Below, piece by piece: positions 27,701 through 36,055 of a stretch of 64,000 bases of DNA (the first letter of the stretch is position 1; each line of letters begins with the position of its first letter). Where the stretch lies: NCBI GenBank assembly GCA_944349765.1, contig CALVNN010000003.1, positions 5,786 to 69,785 of the forward strand, written 5' to 3'. The DNA is from an uncultured Clostridia bacterium (lineage in GTDB: Bacteria; Bacillota; Clostridia; Christensenellales; UBA1242). A program made the translations under genes and the position numbers. The notes under the pieces were generated by a model. It was given only the letters and a program-made list of their open reading frames with translations. It was not told the DNA's origin and did no database searches.

Positions 27701-27929
27701 ACTTGTGATATTTTGTGTGCTATTTGTAATACTTTTAACATTTATTATTTTATACTTTAAGTTTCCAAAATTTAGATTAAGTGTTAATAAGTTGTTTAGT
27801 ATAGACAATCAAGTTGCTGTACAAAATGCTGATAATAGTAAAATAGACGATGCAGATAAAAAGAGCTTGAGTAGTACAAAAAAATCTAAAACGACGAAGA
27901 AAAAATCATCAACTAATGACAAAAAATAG
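24774..27929 (+). CDS. M60-like (enhancin-type) zinc metallopeptidase lipoprotein with an F5/8-type-C-like carbohydrate-binding region and a C-terminal TM anchor
   Basis: Lipobox CCFTGCGQD. HELGHMHD (nt 26031-26045) sits in a context typical of peptidase M60 (GTLHELGH...QEGEVRNN). NVLIDGSASTYYHTKY...FVIDMGQ is discoidin-like. A TM helix (LTIALVIFCVLFVILLTFIILYF) is followed by a K/S-rich tail. Confidence 0.7.
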   Translation: MKKSKVASLLVCIIFAVCCFTGCGQDTTYKVKDLNVSSAVLNGMKVYTYDEIKNQKVTIRQPVMEVLERGLSRTEPQVMLDTFTLPNTDVSVTFSDYPGQGHSVSMTNFEKYMLLRQATYNRDNAQAMAENGTLKKHPAADMQYGAVPVANNAVKKRIITDPDYKNSYLTTGLYLPAGEIATVTISGLKNGESIQLTTQLQQSLAWVAGGYSNESQYFTAMDNLIIQESQSENPNYNSLDIKLHSQYSRQNTEIPVLGVTFTFTENKTYKIGSAFGGQLHIASTNASTPVKMEITGCVETPHFILGVTSPEYFEEYLREAPGVMCTLDTENGQLVGPASYMRQTDDILKVAYMWHSNFAIDVSFNGRAYNYANILKFDRHVPAGSAVALNAYVSAMPDGWLGSCLNFENFKKYGNWGTLHELGHMHDNAYGMTWGMASNQEGEVRNNVLTVLNYLLTCDMDPRITNIEHGESMHPFTALQSMLNISNKTDYANLGYFECVSLYANIMHQLSPEKFVELLYSYSDTKRYVSNSRADFAYRLSVVYGLDFRPFLNEMYYANVTTDMFTEEQLLNMDKLDEFWPIACYYANGVGSSETASKHKVDLKAETTFDFANMIICPKDFSIVEITDAKYGSIKKVNDTEVVYTPPTGSYETDEFSVICQIEDGLKIELPIRLQLTTNGESALDLGDKPMFVASIKNFTSKNIIDKSKWNVIEAPIPETANTDPNVLIDGSASTYYHTKYTGGTKTPMPHNFVIDMGQVNKIDFFQVDVRNNANSFVNDYELYASIGGEEYDLISSGTLNYNGTTALINFNITEARYLKFVAVSATGGTFTVISEFTTGLSAEVQKVVAPNAEENFYNGFETSNQGGGLVSTTKDSVLVMSFEGEQFALFANTSQNSGKIAVYIDGELGDIIDLKDELSLSTLVYKSKLLEDRPHTVEIKTLDNSEVHLGYMTIGYEATLLNSANIYKEQALTIALVIFCVLFVILLTFIILYFKFPKFRLSVNKLFSIDNQVAVQNADNSKIDDADKKSLSSTKKSKTTKKKSSTNDKK

Positions 27930-27978
27930 GCATTTGAAATTTAAGTTGTGAATGTACATATTAAATACCATTTTTTGT

Positions 27979-28007
27979 TTGACATTGTTTTGACAATTTA
28001 TTATAAT
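27979..28007 (+). promoter_or_regulatory. consensus sigma-A promoter (TTGACA, 17 nt, TATAAT)
   Basis: -35 at 27979-27984 and -10 at 28002-28007, upstream of the peroxiredoxin gene. Confidence 0.6.
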
Positions 28008-28036
28008 TATCTTGAAATGCTTAAAAGGAGATATTT

Positions 28037-28708
28037 ATGGAAGAAAATTTTAGAATGCCTTTGATAGGCGATGATGCACCAGCATTTACTGCGGTTACTA
28101 CTCAAGGAGAGATAAACTTCCCTCAAGATTATAAGGGTAAGTGGGTAATACTATTTTCACACCCAGCTGACTTTACGCCTGTTTGTACTACAGAGTTTAT
28201 GACTTTTGCGACTATGATGGATGAGTTTAAAGCACTCAATACCGAACTAATTGGATTAAGTGTTGACTCTCTTTATTCGCATATTGCTTGGCTTAGAAAG
28301 ATTCAAGAAATTGAGTGGAAGGGAATGAAGAATGTTGAAGTTAAATTCCCTTTGATTGAAGACGTTAAGATGGAAATAGCAAATAAGTATGGTATGATTC
28401 AACCTGGACAATCTACCACTCAAGCTGTTAGAGCAGTCTTTGTTATAGATCCTAAAGCTAAGATTAGAGCTATTTTGTATTATCCACTTTCTACAGGACG
28501 TAACTTTGATGAGATTAAACGACTTATCATTGCTCTTCAAAAAGCTGACAGTGATGCTATAGCTACACCAGCAGACTGGAGACCAGGGGATGACGTGATT
28601 ATTCCGACAGCAGGTTCTTGTGGAGTGGCAAAAGAAAGAGTCGAAAGTAAAGATCCAGATCAATATTGTTTAGATTGGTTTATATGCTTTAAGCGTGAGA
28701 AAAAATAG
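28037..28708 (+). CDS. peroxiredoxin (AhpC/TSA family, Prx6-like)
   Basis: WVILFSHPADFTPVCTTE active-site motif. The 223-aa length fits. Terminator at 28701-28728. Confidence 0.9.
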   Translation: MEENFRMPLIGDDAPAFTAVTTQGEINFPQDYKGKWVILFSHPADFTPVCTTEFMTFATMMDEFKALNTELIGLSVDSLYSHIAWLRKIQEIEWKGMKNVEVKFPLIEDVKMEIANKYGMIQPGQSTTQAVRAVFVIDPKAKIRAILYYPLSTGRNFDEIKRLIIALQKADSDAIATPADWRPGDDVIIPTAGSCGVAKERVESKDPDQYCLDWFICFKREKK

Positions 28709-28728
28709 GCTATAGCCTATTTTTTTTA
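28701..28728. terminator. rho-independent terminator between convergent genes
   Basis: AAAAATAGGC TATA GCCTATTTTT. Confidence 0.8.
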
Positions 28729-28888
28729 TACCATATAAAAAAGACAAACATCATATGATTTTTGTTTGTCTTTTTGTCTATATCAAAACTTATTTTGTTT
28801 CATTTGTCTCTATAGTTGTTGCGCTTGAAGCTTTTTTAGATTGTGATATCATTATTAGGTTAAGAAATAATCAGGATATGTTTTATCT

Positions 28889-29968
28889 TTATAGCGTTCT
28901 ATCTTGTGAAGACATTTTGTGTTGGATTGATTTTTCTATTATTTTATTATTTTCTCTATTTTTTATCAAAGTGTTTATTATACTTTGATAGTTTGTTACA
29001 TAATCTTCAATTAACTTTTCTTTTGGAGGTAAGTCAAAATTTTTGAGTGTATCTTCAAGTGTCCATTCTGTATCATTAATTAAAAGTTGTTTATATTCTT
29101 TAATTGTTTCTTCCGAATTTGTTTGAAATTGTTTAAGTATATTTAGTGCTATTATTTGTGGTAGCAAATATCTTGCTTCATACATATTTGAAAAGTTGTG
29201 TGTCTCAATCCTACGAATGCAACGTTCCAAAATATTGGTGTTGTTTAAATACAAATCACTATAATTTTTAATAATATTATCTATTGTTTCTTCACCAGTT
29301 ATTGCTTTAATAATCAATCCATCAAGTAAAGCTTCTCGAGCTTTTAATACATTCAAAACTTGAGCGTTTAGTGCGTTTTCATTAAAGTTTTTAGCTAGTG
29401 TTGGCATGGCGGTGGAGAGGTAGTAGTTTGATATAGCATCTATGATTAATGTAGGTACCTCTGTCATCCTTTTATCTTTTAGTGGTTTGCATTCAATAAA
29501 CGATAGACTAAGAGAATGACAATATTCGTGTATTGCGTTTGAGATGTCGCCTATTCGACCTTCTATATTTACAAATATTTTACGCTGAAATTCACCATTT
29601 TCTAATCTTCGAGAAGAGCAGTAGGAGCGAGCATTAGGATCTCCGTGATTGTCGGTCGAGAAATATTCTCTATTCTTAGCTATTATATCGCCTAAGCTTA
29701 TATGGGTTGGTGCTAGTTTATCCAAAAAGTCATAAAACTCAACAACATTTTTTTCAATTTGTTCTATTGTAAAAGGTTTAGATAAATAAATTAAGTCTTG
29801 ATCAACGTGTATGTCGTTAATATTCAGTTTGGCTATCTTTTCAGCAATGAATAGTTCTTCTTCAAAATAAGGGTTATTAATTCTACATTTTTTGCAATGC
29901 TCTTTAAATTCTTTATCTTGCATTATTTTTTTTATTTTTGATGTTAATGATATTGTTTGATTAGGCAT
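28889..29968 (-). CDS. hypothetical protein with a gluzincin-type HExxH...E motif (possible minimal M3-like metallopeptidase)
   Basis: AIHEYCHSLSL (nt 29516-29530 on the + strand) is followed about 24 residues later by MTEVPT. The rest of the protein is helical. The family is not identified. Confidence 0.45.
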   Translation of the reverse strand: MPNQTISLTSKIKKIMQDKEFKEHCKKCRINNPYFEEELFIAEKIAKLNINDIHVDQDLIYLSKPFTIEQIEKNVVEFYDFLDKLAPTHISLGDIIAKNREYFSTDNHGDPNARSYCSSRRLENGEFQRKIFVNIEGRIGDISNAIHEYCHSLSLSFIECKPLKDKRMTEVPTLIIDAISNYYLSTAMPTLAKNFNENALNAQVLNVLKAREALLDGLIIKAITGEETIDNIIKNYSDLYLNNTNILERCIRRIETHNFSNMYEARYLLPQIIALNILKQFQTNSEETIKEYKQLLINDTEWTLEDTLKNFDLPPKEKLIEDYVTNYQSIINTLIKNRENNKIIEKSIQHKMSSQDRTL

Positions 29969-30164
29969 TATATTCTCCTTTTTATTAATTATAACATATT
30001 CTTGTATGAAAAACTATCTTTATATTTTTTCAGATAAGAAATTTAGAAAAATAATGATTGCATAATATACTTAAATAGCAGAACCAAAGTGTATATAAAT
30101 TTAATAAAAAATGCTTGACAAGCGTAAATAAATTTGATATGCTTAAAACATAATCATAATTAAT

Positions 30165-30252
30165 GGAGAGTTGGCTGAGCGGTCGAAAGCGGCGGTCTTG
30201 AAAACCGTTGAAGTGAAAGCTTCCTGGGGTTCGAATCCCTAACTCTCCGCCA
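30165..30252 (+). tRNA. tRNA-Ser (anticodon UGA), CCA encoded
   Basis: Acceptor stem GGAGAGT/ACTCTCC. Anticodon loop CTTGAAA. Long variable arm and a GGTTCGAATCC T-loop. A TTGACA promoter lies at 30115 and a terminator at 30257-30280. Confidence 0.9.
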
Positions 30253-30256
30253 GATA

Positions 30257-30280
30257 AAAGCACCATTTATGGTGCTTTTA
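30257..30280 (+). terminator. rho-independent terminator
   Basis: AAAGCACCA TTTA TGGTGCTTT. Confidence 0.8.
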
Positions 30281-30365
30281 ATGTATATTTACTTGATTTT
30301 ATTTAAAGAATAATGTACACTTAAAGTTGTGAAATTTTTACAAAAAGAATAAAGAGGTATTTGGA

Positions 30366-32780
30366 ATGCTAGATAAAAAATACAACTTCTTAGACAAAGA
30401 AGCAAAATGGCAAGATTATTGGTTTGACAATGACATATATAAGTTTGAAAATGGAAGCAAGAAAAAGATTTTTGCAATAGACACCCCACCTCCTACAGCA
30501 AATGGGAAAATACATATGGGGCATTTATCATCTTATATACACATAGAAACAATAGCACGACACCATAGAATGAAAGGCGAAAATGTATATTTCCCTTTTG
30601 GCTTTGATGATAACGGACTACCTACTGAAAGGTATGTGGAAAAGATCATAAAGAAAAAAGCTTATGAACTTCCAAGAGCAACTTTTATAAATATATGCTT
30701 GAACGAAATTAAAACACTGGAAGATGAGTTTTTTGATTTATACAAAAAAGCAGGATTTAGTTGTAATCTAAAAACTCACTATTCATCTATCGGTCCAAGA
30801 GCTCAAAAGATTTCTCAAGAGTCTTTTTTCGACCTATATAACAAAGGCTACATTTATCACCAAGAAGCACCAGCACTTTGGTGTACAGAATGCCAAACAG
30901 CTTGTGCCCAGTCAGAGTTAGAAGATAAAGACATAGAAAGCACCTTTAACTATATAAAATTTTATATTTCTGGGACGGATGATTATGTTACTGTCGCAAC
31001 TACAAGACCAGAAATGCTTTGTGGCGTTGTATGTGTATTTATTAACCCAAACGATGAGAAAAATAAGCATTTATTATCTAAAAAATTAGTTGTTCCATAT
31101 TTTGGCTATGAAGTTGAAGTGCTTGCAGATGAGTTGGTTGACCCAGAAAAAGGTTCGGGCGTCGTTATGTGCTGTACCTTTGGAGATACAACCGACAAAG
31201 AGTGGCAAAGAAAACACAATTTGCAAATCAAAAAGTGCTTTACAGACGACGGTAGAATGACCGAACTTGCAAAAGAATTTGCTGGCTTAAAAACGCTTGA
31301 CGCAAGAGAGCAGGTCATTGCTAAGCTAAAAGAAAATGATTTGCTAATTAAGCAAGAAAAAATCGTCCATGCGGTGTCTACACACGATAGATGTGGAACA
31401 CCTGTTGAAATTGCAGTTAAAAAACAATGGTTTATTGATGTGTTAAGCCACAAGCAAGAGCTTTATGATGCTGGACTTAAATTAAATTGGCATCCTAAAA
31501 GTATGCGTGCAAGATATCTAAATTGGGTAGAAAATTTGGCATGGAACTGGTGTATTTCAAGGCAAAGATATTTTGGCGTTCCTTTCCCAGTGTGGTATTG
31601 CAAAAATTGTGGGAAAGTGGTGATTGCAGACAAAAAAGATTTGCCGGTTGATCCACTAACTAGTAGCCCAAACCACCCTTGTGAGTGTGGCTGTAACGAA
31701 TTTGTGCCTGAAAATGATGTTATGGACACTTGGGCAACATCTAGTCTCACTCCACAAATATGCACAGATTTGGTGACAGGAAAGGGGCTAGACGATACAA
31801 TGATTCCAATGGATTTAAGACCAAATGCCCACGACAACATTAGGGTCTGGGATTTTTACACCATCACCAAAAGCTTATATCACTTTAACAAGTTGCCTTG
31901 GACCGATTTGATGATTTCTGGATATGTAACAAGTGAGGATGGTTCTAAGCTAGCAAAATCAAAAGCAAATAGCCAAAATTCTCCTCAGGAAATCATTAAA
32001 ACATATTCAGCTGATGTAACTAGATATTGGGCAAGTAATTTAACACTTGGAAAAGATACCGCTTTTTCATTTGTGGAATTTGAAAATGGCAAAAAATTAG
32101 TAAACAAATTGTGGAATGTTAGCAAATTTGTTTTATCATTCTTAGAGGACTATACACCTAAAAAAGTTAATTTAGAAGTGGTGGATAAGTGGATTTTAGA
32201 AAAATATAAAGATTTGTACACAAAATTTATTAAAAATCTAGACAATTACGAGATAGCTTTGGCAATAAATGAACTTGAAAGTTTCTTTTGGAATTTTTGC
32301 GATAACTATGTAGAAATAGTAAAAAGAAGATTATATAATCCAGACATCTATGGGGAAGAAAAATGCAACTCAGCAAAATATACTTGCTATTATATTTTGC
32401 TTGGCGTGTTGAAGATGTTTTCGATTGTTTTACCACACATCACAGAAGAAATTTATATGGATTACTATGCCGAAAAAGAAAACCAAAAATCTATTCACAT
32501 TTCAAATTACTTAGATTTGGGAAGTGATGTAGACCAAAGCATCATTGCAAAAGGTGATAAAATAATAGACATTGTTTCTCAAGTAAGACAATTTAAGTCT
32601 GTGAACAAAGTATCATTAAAAACTTTTATTAAAGATATCACAATTTCTTCAAATATCAATTCTTTCATTAAAGAGGCAGAAGTAGATATTAAAGCTGTTT
32701 GCTCTGTAAACAACATCATCTATGAAGACAGTCAAGACTTTAATGTAAAAATTGGCGAACTAATTCCAGAAGATAAGTAA
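30366..32780 (+). CDS. valS: valine--tRNA ligase (archaeal/actinobacterial-type, short form)
   Basis: IDTPPPTANGKIHMGHLSSY...FPFGFDDNGLPTE matches the IDTPPPTVSGSLHVGH...GWDDNGLPTE type of ValRS. WCISRQRYFGVPFPVWYC is present, with a KMSKS-like KLAKSKANS. Confidence 0.75.
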   Translation: MLDKKYNFLDKEAKWQDYWFDNDIYKFENGSKKKIFAIDTPPPTANGKIHMGHLSSYIHIETIARHHRMKGENVYFPFGFDDNGLPTERYVEKIIKKKAYELPRATFINICLNEIKTLEDEFFDLYKKAGFSCNLKTHYSSIGPRAQKISQESFFDLYNKGYIYHQEAPALWCTECQTACAQSELEDKDIESTFNYIKFYISGTDDYVTVATTRPEMLCGVVCVFINPNDEKNKHLLSKKLVVPYFGYEVEVLADELVDPEKGSGVVMCCTFGDTTDKEWQRKHNLQIKKCFTDDGRMTELAKEFAGLKTLDAREQVIAKLKENDLLIKQEKIVHAVSTHDRCGTPVEIAVKKQWFIDVLSHKQELYDAGLKLNWHPKSMRARYLNWVENLAWNWCISRQRYFGVPFPVWYCKNCGKVVIADKKDLPVDPLTSSPNHPCECGCNEFVPENDVMDTWATSSLTPQICTDLVTGKGLDDTMIPMDLRPNAHDNIRVWDFYTITKSLYHFNKLPWTDLMISGYVTSEDGSKLAKSKANSQNSPQEIIKTYSADVTRYWASNLTLGKDTAFSFVEFENGKKLVNKLWNVSKFVLSFLEDYTPKKVNLEVVDKWILEKYKDLYTKFIKNLDNYEIALAINELESFFWNFCDNYVEIVKRRLYNPDIYGEEKCNSAKYTCYYILLGVLKMFSIVLPHITEEIYMDYYAEKENQKSIHISNYLDLGSDVDQSIIAKGDKIIDIVSQVRQFKSVNKVSLKTFIKDITISSNINSFIKEAEVDIKAVCSVNNIIYEDSQDFNVKIGELIPEDK

Positions 32781-33163
32781 CCTTTTAAGTACAGGTTGCT
32801 TTTGATGGAGTTAGACTAAAAACTAGTTTTAGTTTGTGTAATTTGAAAATAACAAAAAAGAACACTATTAAAAATTTTAGTGCTCTTTTTCTTTTATACA
32901 GCTGGTTTAAAGGGAGATTAATTAAAAATTATACCACTGTGTGTACATTAAAATAAAAAGCCATAAACCACATATGACTCTTTATTTCCTAATTTCCCTT
33001 GAACATATTGATACTGAAAACAATAGATTACTATCATTGGATTTTTGCGCTGTTACCTGCGGACATTTTTACGCTATTGAATGCGAAAGAATGCAGACAC
33101 TTTGGTGGCTTTAAGATGATATTTCAAAGTGCGTTTCGATATGCTTACCATTCATCTGTTTAG

Positions 33164-33643
33164 GACAGTGTAACGCCTTTACAATGGTTTTACAAGGGCA
33201 GTAATATATCAGTTAACCAAAATAATGAACTTACATTAAATATTGTTTATGATAAAAATTGGCTGGATTATTTTGGAACAAAGCCAAGTAGCAGTTTCCG
33301 AAAGATTTATCTTCAAATTCCTAATAACATGTTAAATAGTATTCAAATATCTACAACAAATGAAAAAATAAAATTAAACAATATCTCGGTCAAAGAGACA
33401 ATTATAATAAATTCAAATGGTGGGGATGTGGAATTTGATAGTCTTTATGTTGGTAAAAAAATTAATATAACCGCAAAAAATGGAAATATAACAGGTAGTC
33501 TTATAGGTGATATAAATGAATTTTCAATATCTTGCACTATAAAGAAAGGTGATTGTAATTTACCGATAAATAAAGAGGATGGAAGTAAATCAATTAATGC
33601 CGATTGCAACAATGGGAATATAAATATTGATTTTATAAAATAA
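33164..33643 (+). pseudogene. 5'-degraded DUF4097-like (beta-strand repeat putative adhesin) gene
   Basis: The 104-aa ORF (GGDVEFDS...KNGNITGS...CNNGNINIDF) is only a C-terminal half. The same frame stays open upstream to a TAG at 33161 (WFYKGSNISVNQNNELTLNIVYDKNWLDYFGTKPSSSFRKIYLQIPNN) with no start or RBS. 32940-33160 is scrambled. Confidence 0.55.
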
Positions 33644-33745
33644 ATGGATCTAAGATACACGAAAGACGTTACTATGAGTAAAAGTTATTAGTTTAGGATT
33701 GGATCAACAATTGTACGCACCTAAAGTAATTAGGTGCGTATTTTT

Positions 33746-34048
33746 TTATTTGTTTTTTATAAATTCTATTAAGTTTTTCTTTTTGCTTGCGGGTAGTGAT
33801 TGTATAAGATTTTCAAGTTCTTTGTCTACATTGTAATCGTATATATTTGCACTAAAAAATCTCTCAATAGGGAAATTGCAAACTTCTAAAATTTGTATAA
33901 GCTTCTCAACAGTCAAAACAATTCTTCCACTTTCAATTTGAGCAATATACTGTGGACTTTTCCCAATAAGTTCGCTTAATTTTCTAGCCGAAAGGTTAGC
34001 AGTATTTCTTACATAACCAACTCTTGTCAAAATTTCTTTAATATCCAT
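33746..34048 (-). CDS. XRE-family helix-turn-helix transcriptional regulator
   Basis: LSARKLSELIGKSPQYIAQIESGRIVLTVEKLIQI is a classic HTH_3 motif. Confidence 0.8.
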   Translation of the reverse strand: MDIKEILTRVGYVRNTANLSARKLSELIGKSPQYIAQIESGRIVLTVEKLIQILEVCNFPIERFFSANIYDYNVDKELENLIQSLPASKKKNLIEFIKNK

Positions 34049-34272
34049 TTTTACCTCTGTGATTTATTTTGTTATCTGTGTTAATAAGGCTATATCATTG
34101 AAATAATCATTTTTATAACTTCAATTAAATTATAAATGAATAAACTAAATTATTTAAAATTGATATACATAAATAATTGACAAATTAATAAAAATGAATA
34201 CGCAGAAACATAAATTTATGTTATAATGAAGTTTGAGAGTATTCTTTTTGGATACTAAAAGGGATTTTGAGT

Positions 34273-34857
34273 ATGGAAACACATAAAAAATTAAAAACTG
34301 CTTTTGCTGGACACAGCCATTTTTCACTAAATACAGATGAAGCAAAAAAAAGATTAATAAAAGCTATAAGGGAAGAAATAGATAATGGATGCCTTTCATT
34401 TACCATGGGAACTTATGGAGATTTTGATACCTTATCACTTAATGTGTGTAGGGAACTAAGGAAGGAGTATAGTGACATAGAGATCGAGGTAGTGATAACA
34501 AGTTTGCACAAAATAAAAAAATTTGTGGAAAAAGATGGTACAGGGACGTTTACGCCATATGAGGATGTTAAAACAATAATGTACTACATAGAAGATGAAT
34601 ATTTTATGAATCGAATTATTTCTAGTAACCAACAAATGATAAACAACTGTGATACATTAATTTGTTATATTAACCCAAAACGCTACAAAAGTGGTGCAAA
34701 AAAGACATTGAATTATGCTAAAAAGAAAGGACTAAAAATAGTAAATTTGTTTAAGCCAGAGGATGAGCCTTTTTATCTTATGAGTATTGAGGAAAAGGAA
34801 AAAGCATTGAAAGACTATATAAAAAATAACAATTCGAATGTAGATTTTAAATTGTAA
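34273..34857 (+). CDS. SLOG-fold protein, YpsA/DUF1273-like
   Basis: TAFAGHSHF...IKAIREEIDNGCLSFTMGTYGDFDTLSLNVCRELRKEYSDIEIEVVITS parallels B. subtilis YpsA (ITGYKPFE...[50 protein letters not shown], from memory). The ATG at 34273 is preferred to the TTG at 34267. Confidence 0.45.
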   Translation: METHKKLKTAFAGHSHFSLNTDEAKKRLIKAIREEIDNGCLSFTMGTYGDFDTLSLNVCRELRKEYSDIEIEVVITSLHKIKKFVEKDGTGTFTPYEDVKTIMYYIEDEYFMNRIISSNQQMINNCDTLICYINPKRYKSGAKKTLNYAKKKGLKIVNLFKPEDEPFYLMSIEEKEKALKDYIKNNNSNVDFKL

Positions 34858-34979
34858 ATATTTTAAATTAATACTTTATAAAAATTTATTAAGCTAATTT
34901 ATGGATTTCATAGAGTTTATAATTTGCTTGCGTGCGTTGTAAGCATATGTTACAATAGGCTTAACGATAAGGAGGGTAT

Positions 34980-35624
34980 ATGAAAGAGATAACTACACGA
35001 TACATTGATGATTTTATGGATAGATTTCCTGAACTAGTATACTTAAGACAGCCTATAATAGAAGCGGTTAATCTGATTGTCGGGCTAGGCAAGCAAAACA
35101 AAATGCTTATTTGCGGAAATGGTGGTAGTGCTGCTGACTCCGAGCATATTGCTGGGGAATTATTGAAAGCTTTTACGTTAAAGCGAAAGGTCGATGATGA
35201 GTTGTATGCAAAACTAACTGATAAGTATGGAGAGGAAGGGGGCTTTATAGCTGACAATCTTCAAAAAGCAGTCAAAGCTATACCTTTAACTTCGTTTTGT
35301 GCTTATAACACCGCTTTTTTAAATGATAACAATGAAAAATTGATGTTTGCACAACTTGTAAATGCTCTTGGGGTAGAGGGGGATATACTACTTGCAATTT
35401 CTACAAGTGGCAATTCAAAAAATGTAGTATATGCTAGCAAACTAGCAAAAGTACTAGGAATTAAAGTCATAGCTCTTACAGGTGAAAAAGGTGGGGCATT
35501 AAAGGACATTGCCGATGTACTAATAAACGTACCAAGCAACATAGTCTATAGAATACAAGAGTATCATTTGCCAGTATACCATTTGATATGTTTATGTGTT
35601 GAAAGTGAATTGTTTGATAATTAA
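34980..35624 (+). CDS. gmhA: D-sedoheptulose-7-phosphate isomerase (SIS domain)
   Basis: LICGNGGSAADSEHIAGELL and LLAISTSGNSKNV motifs. AGGAGGG RBS. Confidence 0.8.
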   Translation: MKEITTRYIDDFMDRFPELVYLRQPIIEAVNLIVGLGKQNKMLICGNGGSAADSEHIAGELLKAFTLKRKVDDELYAKLTDKYGEEGGFIADNLQKAVKAIPLTSFCAYNTAFLNDNNEKLMFAQLVNALGVEGDILLAISTSGNSKNVVYASKLAKVLGIKVIALTGEKGGALKDIADVLINVPSNIVYRIQEYHLPVYHLICLCVESELFDN

Positions 35625-35663
35625 AGAAAAAAGCACTCGACTTGAATAACGAGTGCTTTTATG

Positions 35664-35927
35664 TTAGTTGGCACTATTAACCAAAACGGTTAATTTTGAT
35701 ACTTTTCTAGCTGCGTTATTAGCGTGAAGTACACCTTTACTGCAAGCAGAATCTATCAAAGCTATCACTTCAGGAAGAAGATTTTTAGCAGACTCAACTT
35801 CACCATTAGCTACCAAAGTCTTAACTTTTTTGCTCATAGTAGCAATTTGGCTTTTTATCATTTTGTTCTCAAGAGTTTTCTTAGAAGTAACATCAACTCT
35901 CTTGATTGCAGATTTGATATTAGGCAT
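35664..35927 (-). CDS. rpsT: 30S ribosomal protein S20
   Basis: MPNIKSAIKRVDVTSKKTLENK..., 87 aa. Confidence 0.9.
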   Translation of the reverse strand: MPNIKSAIKRVDVTSKKTLENKMIKSQIATMSKKVKTLVANGEVESAKNLLPEVIALIDSACSKGVLHANNAARKVSKLTVLVNSAN

Positions 35928-36055
35928 TTTGTTCTCCTTATGTATTTTTTAATTTTATATACTTGAGTAGTCTATCATATTTAATACAAAAATGCAATAT
36001 TTTTTTATACTTTTGCACACAATAAATTTGAAAATTTTATTTAGGGGAGTTTAAA

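Noticed and set aside
27990-28015. AT-palindromic sequence (ATAATTAT) overlapping the peroxiredoxin -10 box, as a possible PerR/Fur-type operator
   Set aside because: It does not align to the 7-1-7 TTATAATnATTATAA consensus without several mismatches. It is indistinguishable from the -10 element in an AT-rich background.
28755-28988. 77-aa plus-strand ORF after the peroxiredoxin terminator
   Set aside because: It begins after a terminator without an RBS. It overlaps the 3' end of the convergent 359-aa gene and is hydrophobic AT-rich noise.
30253-30365. Possible T-box leader upstream of valS
   Set aside because: Only about 110 nt are available, and most of it is the tRNA-Ser terminator. No specifier-loop or T-box (AGGGTGGNACCGCG-like) sequence is present.
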